Source: Sminthopsis crassicaudata (taxonomy: Eukaryota). From it: a stretch of DNA of 64,000 nt. The stretch covers positions 388,992,067-389,056,066 of the forward strand of contig NC_133617.1 in NCBI RefSeq assembly GCF_048593235.1, in the 5' to 3' direction. Positions within the stretch are counted from its first letter, which is position 1, and each line of letters begins with the position of its first letter. Shown piece after piece: positions 37,461 through 52,400 of this stretch. The position numbers were made by a program, and so were the translations under genes. The notes below the pieces were generated by a model. That model saw only the letters and a list, made by a program, of their open reading frames with translations, did not search any database and had not been told where the DNA came from.

Positions 37461-38929
37461 TTGGACACCGGAAGATCCGAGTGTGAATTCTGCTTTAGAT
37501 ACATATTGCCAGCTGCTTGGCAGAGTGCCTGGCGTGTTAGGAAGTTATTCCTTAAATAAAGCAAAGATCTATGTTCTTATAGCTTCCCGTCCCTGCTCCT
37601 AGGTTCTACATTTTAATAAATCTAATCCCTCTAGGAAGTGTGCTATGCAAATAACCTGAAGAATGTTCCTATCCACGTGACTGAGAGAAGCCTACTTTTC
37701 AAATTGTAATCTGGCCTCACGGAACTTGGTAAAAATAGCTGGAGAACCACTTTCGATATGAATTGGAATCTGGGGGATTGTATGCATTTAAAAACAGATT
37801 ATAGCCTTCACCACGTGCCAAAGGGTCAAGGAAACAAAAAGGGTGAGCTCCTGTATTATGCGGCAGTTCCAAGTCTTAACTTGTCTCCCCTTCCCAGAAT
37901 ATGTTCCAGCTTGTTAATGTCTTCCTCCTTAGACTCTAACAGACCCCATCTCTTAATGTTTCTCGGAAAGCCAGCTACACTCCTGGGAGTAGGGGTGCCC
38001 AATCTCCCAGCTCGCCTCTGAAACATGGGTATCAACAATATTTCAAGTATTGACAGGTCAGATTCTTTCATATCCAACCTAAATCCTGGTTCTACTTAAT
38101 TCTCGGTCATACACTAGAAATCCCTCACAAACACTCCCACCCTAACCTTTACTACTATATCACTGTTAAATCTAAATTGGAGGTAATCTGCACGGTCCAG
38201 TTAACTCTGCTGTTAGGGACCTTATTTGGGAGCTTTGTAGAAGAAGGGTCCAAAAATAGGGAGTGCAGTGAAGACTGAGCCATGAAGATCCTAATATATG
38301 GAACTTTAAGATTATCTTAAAGTGGCATAAGACACAGAAGTTTGGGGATCAGGTCCCAGGGCAGTATTGGGGCTTGAAGGATAGCTAGCAGACAGGTCAG
38401 TGAAGGAAGAAAAAGATGTTTCAAGCTACTGAGCCACAAATGAGACCCAAGTTTGAACCTGTGCTTCAACACTTATTAACCGTGTGATCAAGGGAAAATT
38501 AATCTCTTTCTGAGATTGTTTTCATCTGCAAAATGGGGATGATCATATCTATTTAACAGGCTTGTGGCAACAAATACATTTTAACTAGTATGGTGGATGG
38601 CAATTACAGGTAATACTGTTGTTAGAATCTCTGGCCAGTATGGACAGCTCCCTGGGGAAGAAGGGTGGCTGCAGGACACGTGGGTGGAGCTCTCAAAGAT
38701 GAATTCTTTGAGGGAAATATAACTTGGGGTACCCTGTGTGGTGGGGGTGGGGTACAGGGCTCATGGCAAGGCTGAAGAACAAGGCTGGGGACCCCTTGGG
38801 CTCCACTTTTATTCATCCTTCTCTATTTACAGTCATAGTAGCCTGGTCTTCCCCAGTTTTCCCTGGGGAAGTTTAGCCCCAGGGGAGGGGATCTGGGCAG
38901 GAGTCCTGATCCATCCAGCTGGGCAGGCA

Positions 38930-41631
38930 TTACACAGCAGCCCTGGTGGCCTCAGTGTTGTTGTTATTGGACACATCCATGCCTTCTTCTTCCTCCTCTT
39001 CTAGGAAGGTCTCCAGCCGGGTCAGCTGCCTCCGAATGAGGCTTGTGGCCCGGTGGATCCGCCTCATTCGGTGTCGAAGGCGGGAGACCAGGGCCCGACC
39101 CTGCGCTCTCCGGCGGCCCCACGCCTCTCGGAGCTCCTGATAGCAATTGTGGCTCTCCCTTTCAACAGCTGTGAGTGTGGCCCCGCAGCCGAGGGGGCAG
39201 CGCTGCTGTCGGCTGTGCCCACAGCTCCGGCCATGTTCTACCAAGGCGGCCCGTTGCACCCTGGCCATGCAGCCTGCATTAGGGCAGGGGGTGAGCTCAA
39301 AAGGGCAGGAGTCCAGGTGGATCCTACGCTGGGACAGGGGACAAGTGACACAGCAGCCAGCCTGAGAATTCTTACACTGTACAGACACAGAGACAGCAAA
39401 GGGACATAAAAACAGAGAAGAAAATGGTGGGATGGGGGAGGGGAAAGAAATAGGCAAGAAAGGGGAGAGGAAACAAAAAGGGTGATCAAAAAAAAAGACA
39501 AGAGGCAAAAAAATGAGAAAAGATCAGTCAAGTCCAGCCACTTCTTAACTGATAATTAGCCTTTCCTAACGCTTGGACCAAATCAACGTGCTTCCAAACG
39601 CTGCATGGAAAGCAGTGGTTTTCTATATCTATGCCCTCAGCCCCCTCCCAATGTGGATGATTTCTGCCATCACCCAAACCTGTTCCTTTCTCCTCCTCAG
39701 CCCCTTGCAAAGGGACAGAGAAGCAACTCCCTGGTCTCTTTGGTGAGTCCTGCCATACCTTGACTTGCAGGCGGCCAATGGTTTTTCTCAGTTTGTGTAC
39801 CTGGACCATCAGTTTTCTCTTCACTTCTTTCCGACAGCAAGGACATGTCTTTTGTCTAGAAGAGATAAAGAGTCAACAGGACCAGCTTGCCAGGCATGTT
39901 CTTCAGGAAATAGTCCATACCCATCACAAGTAACCTGGACAGATGTTACCTTAACCCTCTATAGGGTGGTAGCTTATTAACTAGCAGAAAATACATTGAG
40001 AGAGCATCTCAAGTTCAAGTTTCTCCTCTCCATATTGAAAGTAAAGGAAAGCTGAGGGTGAAGGATGATGGATTGGGATTTGAGGGAGGGAGTGGGAGGG
40101 GATATTCATGATTTGGGAGTAAAGAGAATCCCTCCTAAAGAGAATTTTTTGTGTAATTCTTGAAGTGGGAACTTAAAGATATGTTCTTGCCCTGTTTTTA
40201 CCTATAGATATAAATTATCTACATAAATTTACCTATAGGTAAAAATGTCTACACTCATTCCCAAAGTTGGGATTGAGACTGCATATCCTACCTTGCCAGC
40301 CAGGTTAAGATACATTTCTTGCAGAAGATATGACCACATGGCAGTTTCACTGGTCGCTTGAGCACCCCATGGCAGACAGAACATAGCAAGGCACAGTCCG
40401 GGGGGCTGGCAAAGAGGTTGAGATCATACCCACCACTCTGGAAATTCACCCCAAGCAAAAACAGAATAAAGACACAGGATTAGTGACCAGGAGATGATGG
40501 TCTTCACTTCCACCTCTCTTCTCTTCTGCTCCCAGCAGGGCATCACGCAGGAGGCCGGTTGTCTGATGTCAATCCAAGAAAGTCCACCCTCCTTTCCCAG
40601 AAGGAACCTAGCCTTTAAGTCTATAATCTTTGAAGACATGCTAAATAAATTCACTAAAAGGCAGGCACTTGCCCAATAACTCTACTAAGAGAGGTAGTTG
40701 GGACAAACTGAAACATGTCCGTTTTCTGGCCAACCCCTCTCAGGACTTGTTCTTGCACTAAGGGGGCTTGGATAACCCAAATCACATGCTCCAGGATTGA
40801 GTACTGAGGTCACGGTCATATGGCTTTTCTGGAAGCCTGTAATCTCTGAACAGACCATTCATACACCCCTCCATTCATTCAAACACAGACTAGCAGTGAT
40901 CATCAACTAAATTAGTAAAACTTCTCTTAACACCAGATTCAGACTCCTAAAGTGTTGTTCAGCCCTATCAACTCTTTGCAACCCCATTTTCTGAAGCTGT
41001 TTACCATTTCTGTCTCCAGCTAAGGAAAATTGAGGCACGTGAGGAAATTGAGGCAAACAGTTAAATGACATAGGCAGGTTCACACAGCTAGGATGTGAGA
41101 ATGTTATTCAAACTCGGGTCTCCCTAATTCTAGGCCCAGCACTCTATGCCCTGTAACATCTGGCTGCTAAGGACTACATCCCACTTATTCTGAACACTAC
41201 ATTATGCTTTTTCCTTTTCTATAGGCTTACTACTGCAAAGGGAGGAAGGAAATATATTAACATAATACAGAGGCTGAAACCAGTTCAGAGAGGGAAATAA
41301 CTTACCAGAGATCACTTGGCAGACTGTGAGATGATAGAACAGGCCTAGAACCCAGAAGTCTTTTGGGAAAAGGTGAGAGACTGAGGTAGACAAGAATCTG
41401 GAGACTTTTAAATGGATTGAATAGGGCCTATATATACCTCACTACTCTAGGATCCTAGCGGCATCCCCTAAAAAAAGGTGCTATTTAGAGTCTCCTGAGC
41501 CAAAGGACTAGTCCCTCAGCAACCACTCCCCCTTTTTGTCCCTCTTCACTATGGTGTTATATACACAGAAAAAAAAAATTGGATATGAGCTCTCACAAAG
41601 AATAGAAGTGGAGAAGGAACGAACTCACCAT
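38930..41631 (-). CDS. RNF151: RING finger protein 151 (C3HC4 RING plus TRAF-type zinc finger), 230 aa
   Basis: Exons 41631-41629 (ATG only, followed by GTGAGT), 40437-40292, 39855-39759, 39376-38930; total 693 nt. Peptides [18 protein letters not shown]...CGHIFCKKC...[17 protein letters not shown] and [10 protein letters not shown]. Minus-strand AATAAA at 38808-38813. Confidence 0.94.
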
Positions 41632-41760
41632 GATCGTGGTCTTAGGCAGCAGCACTACTGAGCTGAGGCAGGCTGAGAGCCCATTTCACACACCTCTATT
41701 CAGGTTGACATCACAGTATCATTGTCTATCATCAACCAATCACAGCCTTAGTCCTAGGAG
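41632..41760 (-). promoter_or_regulatory. Probable RNF151 proximal promoter / 5' UTR
   Basis: CRE-like TGACATCA at 41706-41713 and CCAAT at 41736-41740, just upstream of the ATG exon; CpG-poor, as expected for a tissue-specific promoter. Confidence 0.45.
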
Positions 41761-42039
41761 CGGTGCCCAGTCAGGAGTGTTCCTGTCCTTTCTCCCTAGG
41801 TACCAGAAGCCCATAATGGATCAGGGTGCAATAGTGGTATTATCATTTGCTTCTACATATATAATTTTACCTGATTCTTATATTCTTTTTGAGGGAGGAC
41901 AGGGACTGATTTCACTTTTTTTTACGATGAGGAAACAGTTAAGGATTCTTCCAAGAACTGATACAGCGTTTAATTTTACCAAATTCAAAGGCTTTTTCCC
42001 CACTATAGACTTCTGATGACCTGTTGGTCTCCAAGTCTA

Positions 42040-42687
42040 TGAATATATAAGAGCCAAGTTAATTATTAAATAACCTAAATTATTATGGTCTTGGTGTTTG
42101 CTCTAAACTCTAGATCTAATTTCTGCCAGGGAATGGCAGCACATAACAGGTGCTAATGATGAGTGGTTGGCAGAGAGAAACTGAATTGATTAATTTTATT
42201 CCCAGAGGCAGGCAGGAATAAGGTTGTTAATCAAGATGAGTTTAATTCTGTGATCCCAACCTCTGTAGGTAATTTTAAGTCAAAAAGCCAAGTTACATCA
42301 TCTTCCTGAGGCTAAATTTTCCCTACAAAATCTTATGGCCCATGCCATATTCATTGCCCTCCTATCAATGGCAGTCTTTTCTCTTCCCCTTCCATCACTA
42401 TGCTCCTGACCCCACTTATCCTTCTTAAAGCTAGTTCTTTTAGGGTGGTAAGTTCCTTTCAGGATTTAGCCAACTAAAGGCATGCCAACTTCATGTGGTG
42501 TTTCTTTTCTCCTGGTAAATAGCCAAATTCCACTAGGGAACTTACAAAACTCTTGTTTACCATTCCTGGTGTCTATTACATCTTTTGTCTGTAACCTATT
42601 CCCTTAAACAAACCTGCCTTTTGCCCAAGAGAATGGCCATTGTGAATTACTCCTATCATCAAAACCCAAATTTTGTTGCCTACCACA
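42040..42687 (+). mobile_element. Probable solo ERV LTR (ERV1-like 4-bp TSD)
   Basis: TG...CA termini flanked by TCTA at 42036-42039 and 42688-42691; TATA-like CTTACAAAA and poly(A)-like AAACAAACCTGCC followed by a U5-like tail. Confidence 0.55.
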
Positions 42688-43409
42688 TCTAGTGTCTACA
42701 TCAGTCTACTAATTGCTTTGATTTTTGCTATTCTTTCCCCTCTGTGAAATGGCAAAAATGAGGTTTGGAACAATGACCTGTGTTAGAGATTTATATTGTA
42801 TGGACCTCTGCCAGGCTATAAAGGATTATTTTCTCACTATCAAAAGAAGCTTGAATCCTCCATAATATACTGAAGTCCAGGTATATTGGTGCTTTTGCAA
42901 ACTCAAAAGGATTTTTGCCTTATAATTTAGGGCATTAATTATGTAGGCAAATAGGCATTTAAGCACTTACTCTGTGCTAAATACCAGGGCTACAAAAGTA
43001 AAAGAAAATTGAGCAGTCTAATATAATCTCAGTAAAACATCGAGGGAAGGTTAAGACGGGACAAGACTTTACAGACAGAATTATGTATCTGGCCTTAAAG
43101 TTAATAGGGAACCACTGTAGTTTATTGAATGGAAAGCATGACATAGACTTGCACTTTAGGAAATTCAATAGTTGAGTAGAGGATGATCTAGAGTTGGAAG
43201 AGACTTGGGACATGTAAACTAATCAGCAAGAATAGTAAAATAGAGGTGCCCTATCAAGTGTCTCATGTTTTCTTAGAACTATGAAGTAAACAATTCTTAA
43301 TCCCAATTTGCTAATTGGGAAATGGACAAAGTTGTTGACTTTTAAATTTCTCTGAAGATGGAAGCAGGGATAACAAGTACCCAGATAGTGATAGGGAAAC
43401 TTCTTAAAT

Positions 43410-43645
43410 TGAAAGTACCACGGAACACACAAAAACTTCGAATCACATTCAATCAAATCATAGCTTTATTAGTGCTCTGAGAAGAAAAAAAAAAAGACTT
43501 AGACAAAATTCTTTTTCCTTAAATCTCAAAGAGAGCCAGCTCCTCTATATAGATACTTCTATACATATACACTTCTTTGGTTTCTCATTAGCTCAGAAAG
43601 ATGCCCTATATATATCTTCTTAGTTACCCTTTGGGGCATATATCT
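43410..43645 (-). mobile_element. Possible LTR fragment
   Basis: Minus strand shows AATAAA about 55 nt before a TTTCA terminus at 43410, with TATATA motifs upstream. The other end and the TSD are unclear. Confidence 0.3.
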
Positions 43646-44399
43646 AAATCTGACCCTGTTCCATATCTATCCCCTGCTTTCTAATCATACTGCCACTGTC
43701 TTCATTCAGGAGCCCATTATATTTGCCTCCCTCTGACCTCTCCAATTCTTTCTTATAACTATCAAATTTGTATTTTTCAAAAATCAATATTATCATACCA
43801 TTATCCTGAGTTCAAGGAGCTTCAGTAGCTTCCTATTGTCTCTAACATAAAATGCAGATTCAATTTTTATACTTAGCTTATTGTGTTGTGAAACTGCTCT
43901 TAAGCTTCCTTCTCTCCCCTTTTTAAAATTAAAGCTTTTTATTCTCAAAACATGTGTTCCAAAAATTTCCTCCCTTATCCTCCATTCCCAGATGGTAAGT
44001 AATCCAATGTTAGACCTGTTAAATCTAATGTGGAAACATATTCCACAACTTCCATAAGATGCCTGAGGCTTCCTTCAAAGTTAGATTACCAAAAAACAAA
44101 TCCTATTTCTATTGTTCCTTTTGTGACTCTTGACTGGCTGGACCTGTACTATGACACTAATAAGCTTGGAGGGGGGGTTCCACACTTCTCCAGTGGTTTG
44201 GGAGAAATCTGCCCCAGATCGCATAGCTTACTAAGTGTCTGAGGCTGAATTTACACTTCATTCACTTGGCCAGCTGGCTGGCTGCCTGCCTCCTCTCCCA
44301 CTTGCTCCCAACCCTAGGTGGTCAGGAGTCACTTTTAGTCTGATCCCCATCCTTAGTACAGAATCTGGCATACACTAGATATTTCATAAACACAGATAA

Positions 44400-45060
44400 A
44401 TTAGAATTAGATTCTAGCTGGACTCATCTTGTGATCTTGACTGTTGCTGGACAATCCATGCGGATGACAAATGGTGCCGGGTCCTTCAGTGAGACACAGC
44501 AGGAGGTCCGTTCTACTTCACTGCGGGGGCCTCCGCTTAGAGAAGTTTCCAGAGATCGGAAGGGCGCGGTCCGTGAGCTGGGCCTTCGTTTTGCTAGGAC
44601 CTCCCAAGACCTGGAGAATTACAACAGAGTTAGTGTTAGTCCTGACTCCCCCCGCCCCGCCCGATCCCTGTCTCCACTGCGCAGGGACATTTGTCGGGGC
44701 CTGGGTTTTATCCCCCACACTCGGTCTATGGAGGATAAGCTTAAAGACCCCTGGTGGCTGTGGGCGCCGTGGTCTCACCAGTGGCCACAGAAGCAGGCCG
44801 CAGGTGATTTTCAGACGACGCCGACTTAGCTCCTTTCCCCAGTAGCCCGATTTACAAGCGCACTGCGGAGGCAAGGTTAAGGGGGTGGGAGCCCGAGGGC
44901 CCACGAGGCTGAAGCGGAGACTAGTTATGTTCTGCTCCCTCTTCCCCACCTTGGTGGGCTATTCCTCATCTGAGAAGTGGCCACAACTACCCTCACAAGG
45001 ACAGCAAGGCTTCCCAGAAAATAAGAACATAGTTCCTACCTTCAGCCTGAAAGAAGAAGG
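44400..45060 (-). ncRNA. SNHG9: SNHG9-like non-coding snoRNA host transcript (3' end not defined)
   Basis: TATAAAT at 45085-45079; pyrimidine start CTCCTTCTTCTTTC near 45060; donor AAG|GTAGGA at 45040/45039; branch-like CTAAC, pyrimidine tract and CAG acceptor at 44611/44610; only a very short ORF after splicing. The left boundary is an estimate. Confidence 0.65.
44689..44819 (-). ncRNA. SNORA78: H/ACA snoRNA SNORA78 (ACA64)
   Basis: Minus strand reads GTCGTCTGAAAATCACC...GGCGCCCACAGCC...AAAACCCAGGCCCCGACAAAT, closely resembling human SNORA78 as recalled. ACA lies 3 nt from the 3' end (44694-44692). Position is syntenic (head-to-head with RPS2), about 78 nt upstream of a 3' splice site. Confidence 0.88.
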
Positions 45061-45340
45061 AGAACCAGCCCCCTCTAAATTTATACTCATGCTGCTAACA
45101 TTCTGTTTCCGGAGTATTAGAGACTGTTTCCGGGTCAGAAGCCTCAGTTGGGTCGTAGCTGTTAGACCACACCTTGGGAAGAAAAGTTGGAGGGGTGATT
45201 TAACCAATCACAATCGCTTCCCGTTTAATGAGTAATTCGGGTACTGGTTTCCTGGTCCCCAAGATATCGCGAGAACTAGCTGCATATAAAAAGCCGCGTT
45301 GAGTCTGAGACAGCCTTCTACTTCTAGTGAACACGTGAGT
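45040..45340. promoter_or_regulatory. Divergent RPS2 / SNHG9-like promoter
   Basis: TATAAAA 45285-45291 (+) with CCTTCT start near 45315; TATAAAT 45085-45079 (-) with pyrimidine start near 45060; tandem CCGGAAAC ETS sites at 45105-45112 and 45126-45133; TATCGCGAGA at 45265-45274; embedded in a CpG-rich region. Confidence 0.8.
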
Positions 45341-45396
45341 GTCCTTTTGTTGTTGAGGTGGATTGTGGGGAGGAGGGGTAGTTAAAAAGTTACTGA

Positions 45397-49151
<3,755 letters not shown>

Positions 49152-49415
49152 TGTTTTTTTATAAACAAGGAATAAATTGAACTATGCCTGTTAAGATATT
49201 TGTAGTGCTTCCTTATTGGTTGGGGAGGGAAAGGATACATAGGGTTGAAGTTATGGTTGACAAGGCTCTCACCCCCCCAGCCTACTTTGCTAATAGTGGG
49301 GGTTTAAGCAGAGACATGACAATACATATTGCACAGATAGAACTGCAAAGACGTTTATTGGGATGAATAAAGGTCACAGAAAAAAAAAAGGCCTGGATCC
49401 TGTCAGTTTGTTGAG

Positions 49416-52400
49416 TCAGGCTGCAGCAGCCTTTTTGGCAGCTTTTCTCTCAGCAAGCATCCGATGCTTCTGCTTTGCAAGACATTTTCGAGCAGTTGAA
49501 TTGGCTCCAAGTTCATAATCTGTGAAGGCAAAAAAGCTTGTCAGTTTGAAAGTTTTGAAGTGCCTTCAGCCCTGTGATTCCCAAGTCCAGTGTAAGGACT
49601 TAAAAGCTTTCCACCCATAGACATCTAAGGCAAAGGGTGCAAAGTGGACCTTCCACTTACATCGATCCTGATAAGCTCTTACAACTTCTTTGAACTGATT
49701 GAACTCCTTTGCACAATTTTGTTGATAGCTTTCTCCTTCTCTCTGCTGACAGGCCTTCATTCTTTCCTGGACAATATTAACAATTTCTTGGTCAACTTTG
49801 CTGAAAGACAAAGTGAGAATGGGAAATTAAGATTATTGGGTTACACAGCCAAAGGTCTATATTCGTTCTCTCCCACCTCCATTCCACAATCCATATCTAG
49901 TCCAGGATGATATCTGACAATGAAAACTTATTGAACAAAAAGTCTATTGTTTTAGTGAGATTCTATTTAGTCTCCCTTTCCTACTACTAGAACTGTAGGG
50001 TGCCATAGAAAGTGGTATACATACTAGTCTCTTTTCCACTGCATTTCTGCTTCAAACATGCACAGAATATCCCCTTCCTGGCATTCAGTTATATCTGGTA
50101 CACGGGGGTATTGCCGATGATAGTAGTATGTCTTATTTTTTGCATGTTGCTTCTCTATGAATTCTGCCAAGAGAAAAAAAATGATTAAAATTTTTCATCA
50201 GCATTTTCAGAAAAGTTCTCATGTAGCACTGGAGTCTAGGAACCCTAACTAGTTAACCCTAAGAGTTAAATAAATTAACTCCCTAAAATAGCTAATTTTA
50301 TATTTATCTCCTATATTTTTGAATTTCTAAAGGTACCTGGGAAACACTTCTTTATCCTCTTTGAGTTCATTCAGCTTTACAGTATTTTCCTCCTCTAATA
50401 CTCCCAAGAGCAATTGTCAGAGCAGTTCCTATCCATATTAATAATAATTAATGCTTTATATTTTACTTTATTCCTTCTCTCATCCCATTTCCCTATGCCC
50501 GGCACAGATGCTGAGTGGATTTGGTTCTAACTTTAATGGATATGAATATCACAATCAAAAAATCTCACATTGGGCTGCTAGATGGTGCAGTGCAAAGAGC
50601 AACAGGCCTGAAGTCAGGAGGACCTGAATTCAAATCTCACCTCAGACACTCCCTAACTGTGTGACCCTGGGCAAATCACTTGACCCCAATTACCTCAGCC
50701 AAAAACAAAAACCTCACATAGCTTCTTTTACTCTCCAAACCATAGGAAGTACAAACAAATCTCAATTACCTTAATGAATGGATAAATGTAATACACAAAT
50801 ATTTCAGAACTCCTTTGTATTTGCTTTTGATTGTATTATTAAGTAACTTCTCACTCAAAACAAGGATGATACAAAAGGCCTGAACATCAAAAATGATTAT
50901 CATTATTAACTTCATGTATAGAAGTTGGGCACTTTCCTCATAGTAAAGTTCCATATGGCCTTTCTAACAATCTTGTTCACAAATCTCCCAGAGTACAATG
51001 GATCAGAAATTACAGGAAAAAAGGGAGATGAAGGATTGTAGTGGCAGATGCTGAGAAAAGCAAGATGTGACACCTGAAAACAAAAGGAAGCAGGCATTTC
51101 ACTTTAACAGATTTGCACTCTCAAGTACAGTAGTTTCCTTAAGATTCAATTGCACTTGAGGTATGACTGAATTCTGTATTTACACTTGGAACCTATCAGT
51201 GGCTTCACCAACTAAGACTACAGTTCCCAATCAAAATGGATTAGATCAAGTTGGGAATGGAGGGAGAAGAAATCCATACACAGATAAAATCCCGGATACA
51301 GACAGTAACTGACCTAAAAGGTGAAATTGTGAGGCTTTGGTGTAAATCCAGCTCTTTCTGACTCGAGTGCAGCCCTTCAAAGCATAGTGCTATCTATATT
51401 GCTTAATAAAGAATAATTTCCATCCAGTATTTTAAGAGGTTAAAAAAAAAAAAAACTTCTTAAATTCAAAGGAGCCACTTCATGGAAAATTCATTTCCAA
51501 AGAACAGTTTCTTAATGGGTTGAACAAATAACTTCTTGTATTGTTTTGCATATAATTTCTATAAATGTATTTATTTTTTGAGACTAGTCTTCTTAACCTC
51601 GGTAGAGCTGGAAATGCAATGTCCACCCCCAATCTCAAAGCATATAGGTACAGAAGATAACCTACATCATTTTTCTGACTCAGGCCTACTATCTTTCCTT
51701 AGAAAAATCTACTGGTTTTTTCCTTTAAGTTCACCATGGTAGTGAAGGACTTAGTTCAGATAGTTCAGTTTTAGCCTTACTGAAGCCTCGACCCCTACCA
51801 AACTCAAGCCTCCCTAAAAGCAGCAGGCATTATAGGGATATACCATCATTCCTGACCTCACTATTCAATTTAGTTCAAGGTTTTGGTATAGCCTTCACAA
51901 GCTCCATGACCAAATAAAGATCATTTCAGTGGCTAAGCTTAGTCTCAGCTACCCAAAGACACACTGAGAAGACCAAGCAGAAGATGACATATTAATGTCA
52001 TAGTGTACATGTCTTCTGACTTAGCCCCAGTTTCTTAAATTGTGTATTGTGATCCTTTGTGGGGTCTCATAATTGTGGGGTTTCTTAAATACAAAATTAT
52101 GATTTATCATTAAATGTTTTATTTGTATACATATTTTATATATCCAAATACTTAGCACCATATAAAAATGTCTTTGATGAAAAGGGGTTGAAAGCCCTGA
52201 ATCCTAGACGTCAATGTATATTCTTTTCACCACTAATCTATTATCTCTCCAAATCATCTTAATTCATCGCTTTCATCATGACATTTCTGTATCAAAAAAC
52301 CTATTTCAATGACTCTACATAATCTATGAAATCAAGTACAAACTTTTGATTCTACCATCATCTCTTTTATCCTAATTATCATGTTATTCTGTTCCCCACT

